64,000 nt of DNA from an uncultured Candidatus Saccharibacteria bacterium (lineage in GTDB: Bacteria > Patescibacteriota > Minisyncoccia > Phycocordibacterales > UBA918): contig CAZVFY010000002.1 in NCBI GenBank assembly GCA_964626635.1, forward strand, positions 72,415 to 136,414, written 5' to 3'. The number at the start of each line of letters is the position of its first letter. Within the stretch, counting starts at the first letter, position 1. The notes beneath the pieces were generated by a model, which was not told where the DNA came from, searched no databases, and saw nothing but the letters and a program-made list of their open reading frames with translations. Shown here piece by piece: positions 29,078-38,414 of the stretch. The position numbers were made by a program, and so were the translations under genes.

Positions 29078-29425
29078 ATGATCGATAAAACCCAACAACT
29101 TAAACAGCTTGATCAACTAGAAGGTTTTGTGCGTTTGATGGACACACAGTTTGGGGTACCTGGATTTCGTTTTGGATTAGATGGAATTATTGGGCTTGTT
29201 CCTGGAATTGGTGACTTTGTGGGCGGGTTAATTTCATTAGGATTGGTGCTCCGCATGCGGCAAATTGGCGTACCAAGTGAATGTATTAATAAAATGATTC
29301 GTAACGTTCTAATTGACGTCATCGTGGGTGGTGTACCAATCCTCGGTGATGGGTTTGACTTCTTTTTTAAAGTAAATGAACGCAACCTACGCATTGCTCG
29401 ACGCTGCCTGACGGTCGAGGTCTAG
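29078..29425 (+). CDS. DUF4112-like membrane protein
   Basis: RFGLDGIIGLVPGIGD, VPILGD.FD..FK.N.RN. Confidence 0.8.
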   Translation: MIDKTQQLKQLDQLEGFVRLMDTQFGVPGFRFGLDGIIGLVPGIGDFVGGLISLGLVLRMRQIGVPSECINKMIRNVLIDVIVGGVPILGDGFDFFFKVNERNLRIARRCLTVEV

Positions 29426-29440
29426 TGATAGACTTACGAT

Positions 29441-30007
29441 ATGGATACAAGACGCCTTAGAATTACTGTCATCAGTATTGTGGTATTTATTGTCGTGTGG
29501 TCGCTGGTCGTTTATTTTGTGGGGGCCGAGCGCATTATAGATTACATTGGCGTCGAAAATAGCTACATTGTGGTATTTTTTATAGCTCTGATTGGCGGAG
29601 CGACGTCGCTAGGGGGAGTGACGTACGTGTCAGCAATTCTGACGACCGTCGCGGGTGGCGCCGAGCCGCTCTACATCGGACTGGCGGCTGGGGCGGGTAC
29701 GTGTTTAGGGGACTCGCTTTACTATCTTGTAAGTTATTATGGTAGCCATGCGTTTGCCACCGGTACCATCGACAAACACCTCGACCGCGTACAGGATTGG
29801 GCAGACCAGCGTCCGTGGTACACGCGCTGGCTGACTATCTATGGGCTGCTTGGGTTTACGCCAATGCCGAACGACTTGCTCACGGTGTCGCTTGGCCTTA
29901 TCAAGCAACCCAAACGGCTGGTTCTAACCGCGATTGCCGCTGGGACTTTTACCCTTGCTTTACTATTAGCGTACTTTGGTTCAGCACTGCCATTGGTGGG
30001 TGGGTAG
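29441..30007 (+). CDS. DedA/VTT-like membrane protein
   Basis: Hydrophobic; G..LGDSLYY and TPMPND motifs. Confidence 0.65.
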   Translation: MDTRRLRITVISIVVFIVVWSLVVYFVGAERIIDYIGVENSYIVVFFIALIGGATSLGGVTYVSAILTTVAGGAEPLYIGLAAGAGTCLGDSLYYLVSYYGSHAFATGTIDKHLDRVQDWADQRPWYTRWLTIYGLLGFTPMPNDLLTVSLGLIKQPKRLVLTAIAAGTFTLALLLAYFGSALPLVGG

Positions 30008-30175
30008 TGGTTTCGCCGTACCATTAATTGGACTTGTAACTTCCCAAAAAGTCAGTAATATACTGGTACTTGCGTAAACAAGCAAAACTATGATTCCGAC
30101 GTAAGGGAAACCTTGCGTCGGAACCCCGGATGTTAAATAAAAATGAATAAATTCATTTTTGCTTGGATCCTCCAT

Positions 30176-30247
30176 TCCGCCGTAGCTCAGCGGTAGAGCA
30201 GTTGGCTGTTAACCAATTGGTCGTAGGTTCGAATCCTACCGGCGGAG
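30176..30247 (+). tRNA. tRNA-Asn (GTT)
   Basis: TCCGCCG/CGGCGGA acceptor stem, TAGCTCAG, GTT anticodon, GTTCGAATC; CCA not encoded. Confidence 0.97.
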
Positions 30248-30251
30248 CAAA

Positions 30252-30274
30252 AAGGAGGCCTGGTCGGCCTCCTT
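30252..30274. terminator. Terminator hairpin between tRNA-Asn and GNAT gene
   Basis: AAGGAGGCC-tggtc-GGCCTCCTT. Confidence 0.7.
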
Positions 30275-30280
30275 CACCCT

Positions 30281-30760
30281 TCACATCCCAGCCATTTTTT
30301 TGTATAGGTTGGTTCCCCTATTGCCAGTAGACTGCGCGACTAGGGTAAAACCTAGTTTGATGTACAGTGCGTTCGCTGCCTGTCGCGATGGGCGGCTAGT
30401 TAAGTACACTTTTATCTTGCTTTTTTTGCGTACGGCAAATTCATCCACTAGCGCCAGCAGCGATTGCACCAGCGATTCACCAACTCCTTGTCCGCGTTCT
30501 TGCTGGTCTACAACCACGTCGTGAATCTCTGCCATCCAGCGAGCCAGATTTCTTTGCAGAAAGACAGTTGCCATCCCAACAATTTCCCTTTCCTTAACAG
30601 GTGATTTAGCCACTAGTAAGCAAAAGTTAGGGTTCTTTAACGCTTCAGTAAGGTCTAACGAGGATATGGTCTTGGCGGTACCAGGCGATTGTTGTTGCAG
30701 CAACCTGTTGATCTCATGTATGTCGACTGAGTCTGCGGTTGTAACGCGTTGAATGTTCAT
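30281..30760 (-). CDS. GNAT N-acetyltransferase
   Basis: IHDVVVDQQERGQGVG, LTSRPSR.AAN.LY.KLGF. Confidence 0.9.
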   Translation of the reverse strand: MNIQRVTTADSVDIHEINRLLQQQSPGTAKTISSLDLTEALKNPNFCLLVAKSPVKEREIVGMATVFLQRNLARWMAEIHDVVVDQQERGQGVGESLVQSLLALVDEFAVRKKSKIKVYLTSRPSRQAANALYIKLGFTLVAQSTGNRGTNLYKKMAGM

Positions 30761-30838
30761 AACCCATCCTTTGTTTGTAGGTGTTATTCCAAATTAAATT
30801 TAATTGCTCTCAACTGAATTGTCAACAAATCTAGTCTG

Positions 30839-31333
30839 TTAGCCGGGTTTCAACTCCGCATAATTAAACAACTCACTAAACGTTACACACCAGTACATCA
30901 CATAGCGGTACTCGCTAATGTCAATGTCATTTGGGACGGTGTAATTGATGTTACCGCTGGTGCCGCGAACCGGACCAAGATCGACGAAATCAGACGCTTC
31001 TAGGTCGTTGGCGAGGTACAAGTGCACCCGCGGGCCGCTGACCGTTTGGAAATCTTCGTAGCGGATAATGGTGTTATCTGCCGTTTCGATGATTCTGACG
31101 TGACCGCTGGCGGGGTAATTATCAGTATCTATAATGGGTAGCGCTGGCTGTGTAATAGATTCAAGAGCTTCAGTGGTACTGGCTACTGATGCCTCGTCGC
31201 TATTACTACCTGGATCGAGTAACGCAGTCGGTAGCGCATCGTCAACTACAACCTGCACATCGCGAAACAACACATACCACACCACTGCAGCCAATCCGAC
31301 AATTACGGCTACAAAATAAACAGCGTATTTCAT
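30839..31333 (-). CDS. DM13-domain protein, membrane anchored
   Basis: GPRVHLYL, GNINY.VP, V.YWC..FS.LF. Confidence 0.85.
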   Translation of the reverse strand: MKYAVYFVAVIVGLAAVVWYVLFRDVQVVVDDALPTALLDPGSNSDEASVASTTEALESITQPALPIIDTDNYPASGHVRIIETADNTIIRYEDFQTVSGPRVHLYLANDLEASDFVDLGPVRGTSGNINYTVPNDIDISEYRYVMYWCVTFSELFNYAELKPG

Positions 31334-31339
31334 ACTGCG

Positions 31340-31537
31340 CTAAATGATAAAAAACGTTAGATAGCCAATGTACAAAGCGGCAATCGCGTACAACACAGCC
31401 CAGCCCCGCGTAATAGGTAAGTAGCGTTTGATGAACCAGTTCTGTTCGATGGTGGTATCACCTACCCGGGTAAAGCTAATAACGAGCGCTAAGCACGCAT
31501 CAATCAATACCAGTGTGGCAATAATTTCAAATAGCAT
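31340..31537 (-). CDS. Small two-TM hypothetical protein
   Basis: Hydrophobic ORF with TATAAT 6 nt before ATG 31537. Confidence 0.6.
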   Translation of the reverse strand: MLFEIIATLVLIDACLALVISFTRVGDTTIEQNWFIKRYLPITRGWAVLYAIAALYIGYLTFFII

Positions 31538-31598
31538 AGCTACATTATAACAGTTTGAAACTCTATAAAAATTAATGGCAATACATAGCATTATATTT

Positions 31599-31631
31599 TA
31601 AAACGCACGCAGCTTGGCTGCGTGCGTTTTA
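31599..31631. terminator. Intrinsic terminator after the GT2 gene
   Basis: TAAAACGCACGCAGC-ttg-GCTGCGTGCGTTTTA perfect 15-bp stem. Confidence 0.8.
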
Positions 31632-31651
31632 TGTTACGTGCTACTACTTTG

Positions 31652-32434
31652 TTAACGACGTAAAATGCTGTATGGTGTCGCCTTATATGAGCGCCGTGCG
31701 GCCGATTCAACCAGGCGGTTGCTCTCGAATGCGCGAATGATTTTGTTCATCGGCCATTCGTTCAGGCCTTGTAACCACTCATCATCGTACCCCGTATCAG
31801 CCATATCAGCATTGTGATGGACAAATGATTCGTTGTGCTGATGCAACACGGCGTCCGGAATGAGGGCGAATTTGATGTCGCAGTGTTCGTGCAGGGCGGT
31901 GCCCAACTCTTCGTCTTCTCGACCGTCACCTTCGTACGAGTCATTGAATTCAACGCAATCAAAGAAGGCAGCTCGATCAATCGAAAATGCCAGCGACCAG
32001 AACTCGGTGTGTGACACTGGTTCAGGAGCGGGGAAGTACTGGCGATCAGGGTGTTCGATCGCCTCTTCTAGAATGTCATCGTAGTTCATGTCGGTCGGGG
32101 TTGATGGCAAATATAGTGGGTATGGCATCAATACCGTATCTGGCTGATGGTATCGCTTGACGGTCCGCAGCAATGTTGGTGTCACTATACAGTCTGCGTC
32201 GAGAAATAATAATACGTCACCAGTTGAGTGCTCGGCGCCAATTTGGCGTGCCGCTAGTGAATTCATGCCGCTGGCGTCAATTACTTTGGTGGTTTTGGTT
32301 GCACTGATCGCTGGGCGATCAAGACAAATAATAATGTGTTCGTGTGGGGTTCGGTCTTGGGCTTCGATAGATTTAATTTGGTTTTGTACTTGGGCGTATC
32401 GTCCTTTTACGATTGTAATGATACTAATTTGCAT
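31652..32434 (-). CDS. GT2-family glycosyltransferase
   Basis: ISIIT, LAARQIGA, LFLDADC, EFWSLAF, GREDEE. Confidence 0.8.
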   Translation of the reverse strand: MQISIITIVKGRYAQVQNQIKSIEAQDRTPHEHIIICLDRPAISATKTTKVIDASGMNSLAARQIGAEHSTGDVLLFLDADCIVTPTLLRTVKRYHQPDTVLMPYPLYLPSTPTDMNYDDILEEAIEHPDRQYFPAPEPVSHTEFWSLAFSIDRAAFFDCVEFNDSYEGDGREDEELGTALHEHCDIKFALIPDAVLHQHNESFVHHNADMADTGYDDEWLQGLNEWPMNKIIRAFESNRLVESAARRSYKATPYSILRR

Positions 32435-32704
32435 ATTATGGTATTGAACGTTTTTAATTAAAAACGCTGTACACGTTTCAGTTGGGCGGTAATGGAGGGA
32501 GTTGCGGTAGTAGTTTTAATATCTTGCTTCAATGCTTCTTAACCAAAGTAGATGAGTGTAGGCAATACAGCATCACTTTGTCAGTTTACAATAACATAAT
32601 TTGGGGAGGATATGTAAAGAAAGCTCATGTGGATAAGAGTTATAGGTTTAAATAACTTTATTTTGACAAAAAGAAATATCTCATAGACATAGTATAATAG
32701 ACCG

Positions 32705-34108
32705 ATGTTGCACGCTCTTTCTGAACCAATCGTATTCAGTGATGTCGAAACCACTGGCGGGAACGCCGTACGCAATCGCGTCACCGAAGTAGCGGCGATT
32801 CGCTATGAAGGCGGTGTAGAAGTCGGGCGCCTTAATACGTTAGTCAACCCGCAGGCACGCATCCCGTTCAATATCACCATGCTCACCGGCATCAGTAACA
32901 CGATGACAGACACGGCGCCCGAGTTTGCTGATATTGCGGATGATGTGGCTGAGCTGTTTGCGGGGGCGACACTCATCGCGCACCACGCACGGTTTGATTA
33001 CTCGTTTATTCGGGCCGAGATGAATCGGGCTGGACACCAATTTGAATGTCCGCAAATCTGTACTGCCAAATTATCACGCGCGCTCTACAGCGAATACCGG
33101 ACGCATAATCTGTCTGACATTATTGAGCGATTTGGGTTTACGTGCGAGGCTCGCCACCGAGCGATGGGAGATACCGAGGTGCTGGTGCAGCTCGCGCACC
33201 AAATTGACAATGACTTTAGTCAGTCGACTATCACGAACGCCCTCGAGCGTAGTCAATCACGCGCTACGCTACCACCCAATGTGCCCAAAGACACCATCGA
33301 CCGACTGCCGCATACGCCGGGTGTATACAGTTTTTATGGTAAAGACGGCGAGCTACTGTACGTCGGCAAGAGTATTGATATACGTGGGCGGGTACTGAGT
33401 CATTTCAGTAATGCCTCGCGTGATAGTAAATCAAGGCGGATATTTACCGAGGTCTACGACGTCCAGTACGAAGAGACCGCGGATGATTTCTCAGCGCAGC
33501 TCCTCGAGATTCATAAGATTAAACATGACATGCCAATCTATAACCGTAAACTGCGCCGCAACGAACGATTGTGGGCACTAACGGCCAAGAATGACAATGG
33601 TGGCAATGCCATCGCTGATGATTCGGCGCCAGTCGCGTTTACCTTGACCCCGCTCGACGCCGAATTACAACAACAGCCCGAGCGGGTGTACGCCGTGTAC
33701 CGCACCAAACGTGCCGCCAAAACTGCGCTCGATGGCCTGGTCAAAACCCATGGCCTTTGTCCTAAATTACTCGGCGCCGAGTCTGGTAAAGGGGCGTGTT
33801 TTTCATCACAGTTAGGGGTGTGTCAGGGTGCGTGTACTGGACGTCTGTCAGCCAAAGAGTACAACCAGCAAGTTGCAAAAGTGTTCGAGAAGCAACGCTT
33901 GCGCCATTGGCCGTACGCTGGCCCCCGAGAGATCATTAAACGCACGCCAGATATGCAGCGATCAGAACGGTTCGTGGTCGATAACTGGGTATTGCAGTCG
34001 GCGACAATTCTCGAGGAACAGGCAGAGCGCGCGTTCTTTCCTACCGGCGAACTGCAGTTTGACTATGATGTATACAAAGTCTTGGTCAAAGAACTATTGC
34101 GCGCATAG
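32705..34108 (+). CDS. DEDDh (DnaQ-like) exonuclease fused to a GIY-YIG (UvrC/Cho-like) domain
   Basis: DVETTG, HHARFD, HRAMGD; PGVYSF..LYVGKS..R.RV.SHF; Cys cluster. Confidence 0.9.
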   Translation: MLHALSEPIVFSDVETTGGNAVRNRVTEVAAIRYEGGVEVGRLNTLVNPQARIPFNITMLTGISNTMTDTAPEFADIADDVAELFAGATLIAHHARFDYSFIRAEMNRAGHQFECPQICTAKLSRALYSEYRTHNLSDIIERFGFTCEARHRAMGDTEVLVQLAHQIDNDFSQSTITNALERSQSRATLPPNVPKDTIDRLPHTPGVYSFYGKDGELLYVGKSIDIRGRVLSHFSNASRDSKSRRIFTEVYDVQYEETADDFSAQLLEIHKIKHDMPIYNRKLRRNERLWALTAKNDNGGNAIADDSAPVAFTLTPLDAELQQQPERVYAVYRTKRAAKTALDGLVKTHGLCPKLLGAESGKGACFSSQLGVCQGACTGRLSAKEYNQQVAKVFEKQRLRHWPYAGPREIIKRTPDMQRSERFVVDNWVLQSATILEEQAERAFFPTGELQFDYDVYKVLVKELLRA

Positions 34109-34164
34109 TGGCTGGTAGCAATTAGTGGTATAATAATTGTATTACACAATAACGACTGATCAAT

Positions 34165-34479
34165 ATGTTAACACTGTATTACAAGGAAACGTGTCCATTC
34201 TGTCAGCGCGTTATGGAAATGGCAGCCAACCTGAGCGTCACGTTTGATGAAACCAAAGACATCGAAGAATCTGGCATCGCCGACGAACTAATTACGCGCG
34301 GCGGCAAGCGTCAAGTGCCGTACCTCGTCGACTCTGATCGCGACGTTGCGATGTATGAATCAAATGACATCATCGACTATTTGCGCGAGCATTACGCTGG
34401 TACCGCGACCGATACTGACAAAAAGCCCAAGATTCACAATGCCGGAGCCGGCGCCACTTGTGTCGCGTGCGAAGGCTAG
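34165..34479 (+). CDS. Glutaredoxin/GST-N domain protein with C-terminal CVACEG tail
   Basis: CPFC, GGKRQVPYL, MYESNDII. Confidence 0.85.
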   Translation: MLTLYYKETCPFCQRVMEMAANLSVTFDETKDIEESGIADELITRGGKRQVPYLVDSDRDVAMYESNDIIDYLREHYAGTATDTDKKPKIHNAGAGATCVACEG

Positions 34480-34527
34480 CGCCACCCAAACAGTCACGAA
34501 TAGCCACTATTCACTAACAACAGTTCT

Positions 34528-34896
34528 ATGGACATCCAATACCATTTCAATGGATTACGGGAAGCCGAAGAATTACGAGACACTGTCACGCAGAAACTAG
34601 AGCAGCTCAAAAAGTTTACCAAACGCGCGAACAGTGTGTACGCTGAAGTTGAATTTAGTAAAACGGCCGCGCAACACAATGGTCCGGTCTATCGATGCGA
34701 GGTAAATTTGCGGGTCGATGGGGCACTGTATCGCGCCGAAGCGACCGAAGAATCATTCTTGGCCGCCGTGGACGAAGTGCGGAACGAATTAGATAAAGAA
34801 CTACGTCGCGCCAAGGGTAAGTACTTCGCGCTACGCGAGAAAGCCGGCCGCACGATCAAGCGTCTGATGCGTCGCGGCGGCGGCGAACTAGCATAG
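34528..34896 (+). CDS. hpf: Ribosome hibernation factor HPF/RaiA family
   Basis: KLEQLKKF, YRCEVNL, RAEA, AAVDEV..EL. Confidence 0.8.
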   Translation: MDIQYHFNGLREAEELRDTVTQKLEQLKKFTKRANSVYAEVEFSKTAAQHNGPVYRCEVNLRVDGALYRAEATEESFLAAVDEVRNELDKELRRAKGKYFALREKAGRTIKRLMRRGGGELA

Positions 34897-34948
34897 TCGC
34901 AGGATTAGCAAGGTGCAGCGACTCAGCTCTACGCGAGGCCACTGACGA

Positions 34949-35827
34949 CTACCGTAGCGACGCCAGCCAATCTGTAAACGTGACTGGCTTGCGACCGGCT
35001 GGCACCACCACGAGGGGGCACAGTACACTACCGGTGTACTGTGCTTCTTTTAGTTTAATCCGCTCGCCCTCATGCATGAAAAATGTGTCACCCATCCCCG
35101 CGTACGCATTGACCTTGAGCCAAGCGTCCCACGCACCTGTGCCCGTCGGTAGGTCATGCGGGTCGAGGGCGATCTCGGCGTCCGCGCGACTCAGTTTGCT
35201 GCAGTAGGTGGCAGCGGCGTGGTCTTGGGGTGCTGGGTGTATTTTGCCTGCGATGAATGACGGCAAGGTGGTTGCCAACAACCTGCCACCAATCTCTCCC
35301 AGTTCGGTATCCAGGTGCGGGCCAGGCGACGGCCACTCGGGCGGGGTGTAGGCTTGTTGGGCAAGGATTGGTCCGTGGTCCATCTCCTCGTCGAGCAGCA
35401 TGACGCTCACCCCCAGTGCCTCGGGCTGATCGCGCAAAATCGCACTGCGAATCGGGCTGGCACCACGCAGTAACGGTAATAAAGATGGATGAACATTGAG
35501 CGTGCCGAGTGCAGGGATCGCCAGCAGCCAGCTCGGTACAATATAATTGTACGCCACTACCACAAACACTTGGGCGTGCACAGCCTCGAGCGCGCTGGTC
35601 AAATCAGCCTTCGCCTCGGGAGTTTTGTAGGTCGCAGGCTGCAAGCAGGGAATATCATGTGCCTCGGCCCAGGCGGCGACCGGTGGCTGAGTCATGACTT
35701 GTTTGCGGCCGACGGGCTTGTCGGGGCTAGCGATGATCAGTGACGGCGTCAGGCCAGCCGCCGCGAGTTGCTCTAGCACCGGAACGCCGATTGGTTCACC
35801 ACCAAAGTAGACAAAGGGAACATTCAT
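34949..35827 (-). CDS. fmt: Methionyl-tRNA formyltransferase
   Basis: PDKPVGRK, LNVHPSLLP.LRGASPI, MDHGPI. Confidence 0.95.
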   Translation of the reverse strand: MNVPFVYFGGEPIGVPVLEQLAAAGLTPSLIIASPDKPVGRKQVMTQPPVAAWAEAHDIPCLQPATYKTPEAKADLTSALEAVHAQVFVVVAYNYIVPSWLLAIPALGTLNVHPSLLPLLRGASPIRSAILRDQPEALGVSVMLLDEEMDHGPILAQQAYTPPEWPSPGPHLDTELGEIGGRLLATTLPSFIAGKIHPAPQDHAAATYCSKLSRADAEIALDPHDLPTGTGAWDAWLKVNAYAGMGDTFFMHEGERIKLKEAQYTGSVLCPLVVVPAGRKPVTFTDWLASLR

Positions 35828-35833
35828 ACCGTT

Positions 35834-36361
35834 CTAGTCGCCAGCTTCTCTGATGCCATCAGGCGCTTCGCCAGCTTTCCAGGTGCGCTCGGCGCGATCA
35901 GGAAAGAGAATACCATCAAGATGATCGTATTCGTGCTGGATAATCTGCGCCAGTAGTCCACCCGCCCCACGTTCGTATAGTTGCCCGTCCTCATTGAGGG
36001 CTGACATGGTGACGTTTTTGTGGCGACGAACCAGGCCGTATAGGTTTGGCAGAGAGAGGCAGCCTTCGCCCATTTCCTGCGTTTTTTTGGACACGCTAGT
36101 AAAGTGGGGATTGACCGCCACCAGACTAGGTAGTCGATCGGCGTCTTTGGATTGGTCTTCGATAATAAACACCCGTTTGCTGATACCGACTTGCGGCGCG
36201 GCGATCGCAACGGCCGCGTAGCCATCGACGTCGTACTGTTTAATAGCGCTCCGCAGATCTTTCACGATTTTAGCCAGGGTACCATCATTAAATTCCTCCG
36301 GGGTGACTTCCTCGGCGATGGTGTGGAGGGCTGGATGGGTCGGGGGGACGAGTTTGCTCAT
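35834..36361 (-). CDS. def: Peptide deformylase
   Basis: AIAAPQVG, EGCLS, QHEYDHL; start 36361 or 36367. Confidence 0.95.
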   Translation of the reverse strand: MSKLVPPTHPALHTIAEEVTPEEFNDGTLAKIVKDLRSAIKQYDVDGYAAVAIAAPQVGISKRVFIIEDQSKDADRLPSLVAVNPHFTSVSKKTQEMGEGCLSLPNLYGLVRRHKNVTMSALNEDGQLYERGAGGLLAQIIQHEYDHLDGILFPDRAERTWKAGEAPDGIREAGD

Positions 36362-36415
36362 GGTCACACTATACGTAATGATCGGGTATTTGAAAAGAGT
36401 AACAGCTGACGATTG

Positions 36416-38317
36416 CTATACAATTCGGCAAGGATTCACTTCAATTTTTACGTACGGCGGAAGTAATTGCAGCGTACGAACAATGTCCGCATGCGACTGA
36501 TCGGGTGTGATCCGTAGCAATCCGTGGCGCAGCACGTGCGCGCGGGTACTGGTGGGGTTGGTGTACCACTCGAATTCAGTTGCCAGCGTTCCAAGTATTT
36601 GCTTGATATTCGCCTCGGCTGGTTTGACCACGTCACTAGCGCCTCGCCAACTGAGCAGCACCAGTGTCACGAATGGCGGATACTGCATAGCACTCCGCAG
36701 CGCTAGCTCCTCATCATAAAATTTCTCTACCGCGCCGCGCCTGGCAATGTTGATAATCGCATCGTGATCCTCGTCATAATCAGCCCGGGTTTGCAAGAGG
36801 ACATCGCCGCTGGTGCACTCACGCAGGGTCAGTAATAACTGCAACAGTTCTTGGTCAGCTTCCCAGGTGGGGACGCTGCGAGCGCTCTCAAGCGAGCTGA
36901 CCACAGATAGATCGGAGGACGCCATATGAGGTAGCGACAGCTTGGTGCCGATTAGTACGGACCCGGGCGTGTCGTGGTACTGCCGGATGGCTTGTTTGAG
37001 AGCGGTAACAGTTTTGGTTGACTCGGCGTCAACGACGATTGGCGTGCTATCAGGGAACCATGCTGACCACGCATCAACGATCTGCTGGATCCCAACCCCG
37101 CGTTCGCTCAGTCGCCACGACCGACATTGTGGACACGTGTCTGGCGCCGTCGACCGCGCACCTGACACCGAATCAACGACTAGCCGCACAGTTTCGCCAG
37201 CTCGATTCGTCGTCTCTAATAGTGAGTAAACGCCGCCGGTGGTGGCGTTTTGTAATACATGTCCACAGTCCCGACACATGATGAGCGGCGCTAACCCGCG
37301 ACGCGGACAGTACACGTACACGCGGCCGCGATTGTCTATCGTCTGTTGGATCTGCTCTCTCACAGCCGCGTGAATCAGTTCGTATGGTTGGGTCGGAGTT
37401 GGCGCCGGATGCGGCTGCAGTACCAAGCTACCAGGCAAATTCAACCGCCTGACACTGCTGCCGCGGGTGTCGTAGTGTTCGCTACGCCGGTGGTGTTCTA
37501 TGGTGACCGGCAGCAGCGTGTCCGCCAGTAATAATGGGACATCAAGCGCCTGAGAGTACGCCTCGAGAGCCGTGCGATGATCAATGTATGGGCGGCGATT
37601 GCTGACGTAGCTGCGATGACTGACATCATCTACTATCACCTGGCCGTACGCCAAGACTGACTCGTAAGCGTGGGCCGGAGTGGTCACAACGACAATCGGC
37701 TTGCCGGCTTGCTGCAGCGCGAGGCGTTTGGTGTGGGTGCGCTTGTTCGTATCTCGCAGCAGGAGCGTGCGCTCGGGCAGACTGTCGAGAAATGGCTGGG
37801 AGAGACGCTCTGCCAAGACTTTGCTAGGCGCGACGAGTAACAGTGAGCGACCGTGAGCCAACGTTTCGCGAGCCAGCAGTTGGTATTCGGCGATGCGTTC
37901 GGCCCGACTGAGCGCGAGGGTGCTAACGCTGTGCGTGATGGGGCTAGCGTCCATCTGGGGTGGGGCGGTTGCGAGCGTGTGGTCGCCCGAGCGCACGTCA
38001 CTTGGTAACAATTGGTACAAGAGTGCGCCGAGCGACGCTGGGTACCTCGCCGAGAGTGTCTCGGCAGTCTTGATCAGTTCCGCTGGTACCTGGGCTGCCG
38101 CAGACTGGCTAGGTAGTTTGCGTAACGTGAAGCTGGCCGTCCGTAATGCCGCCTTGTCCGTAGTCACGGGATCGCAGGCCACTACTAGACCGGTGCGAGT
38201 TTGTTTACGAATGGGAATCGTGATCAGTGATCCGATGGGGTGCTCGACCTTAGAATAATAAGTGAGTTCCTCGATATTCTGACCGCGCACCAAGGGCGTA
38301 ACTCGAACCGTGAACAT
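36416..38317 (-). CDS. priA: PriA-like primosomal protein, degenerate
   Basis: N-terminal ELTYY...GSLITIP.R, RRGLAP..MCRDCG, CPQC, G.G.QQ, ELALR...YPPF. Confidence 0.8.
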   Translation of the reverse strand: MFTVRVTPLVRGQNIEELTYYSKVEHPIGSLITIPIRKQTRTGLVVACDPVTTDKAALRTASFTLRKLPSQSAAAQVPAELIKTAETLSARYPASLGALLYQLLPSDVRSGDHTLATAPPQMDASPITHSVSTLALSRAERIAEYQLLARETLAHGRSLLLVAPSKVLAERLSQPFLDSLPERTLLLRDTNKRTHTKRLALQQAGKPIVVVTTPAHAYESVLAYGQVIVDDVSHRSYVSNRRPYIDHRTALEAYSQALDVPLLLADTLLPVTIEHHRRSEHYDTRGSSVRRLNLPGSLVLQPHPAPTPTQPYELIHAAVREQIQQTIDNRGRVYVYCPRRGLAPLIMCRDCGHVLQNATTGGVYSLLETTNRAGETVRLVVDSVSGARSTAPDTCPQCRSWRLSERGVGIQQIVDAWSAWFPDSTPIVVDAESTKTVTALKQAIRQYHDTPGSVLIGTKLSLPHMASSDLSVVSSLESARSVPTWEADQELLQLLLTLRECTSGDVLLQTRADYDEDHDAIINIARRGAVEKFYDEELALRSAMQYPPFVTLVLLSWRGASDVVKPAEANIKQILGTLATEFEWYTNPTSTRAHVLRHGLLRITPDQSHADIVRTLQLLPPYVKIEVNPCRIV

Positions 38318-38414
38318 GTGAGTCAGTGTAGCAAATTACGCATCTGGCGGCTCGTGTCGCCCGCGCGGCAGGCACTTGCTACCAGTCCTTCGTGCACAAT
38401 AATTATCATCGGGA

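Noticed and set aside
32628-32636. Perfect DnaA box (TGTGGATAA) in an AT-rich intergenic region
   Set aside because: Single copy with no dnaA/dnaN nearby, so it is insufficient for an origin call. One 9-mer match in 64 kb can be chance.
30248-32700. Possible genomic island downstream of tRNA-Asn (GNAT, DM13, GT2, more AT-rich)
   Set aside because: No integrase, no duplicated tRNA 3' end and no mobility gene seen. At most a variable region.
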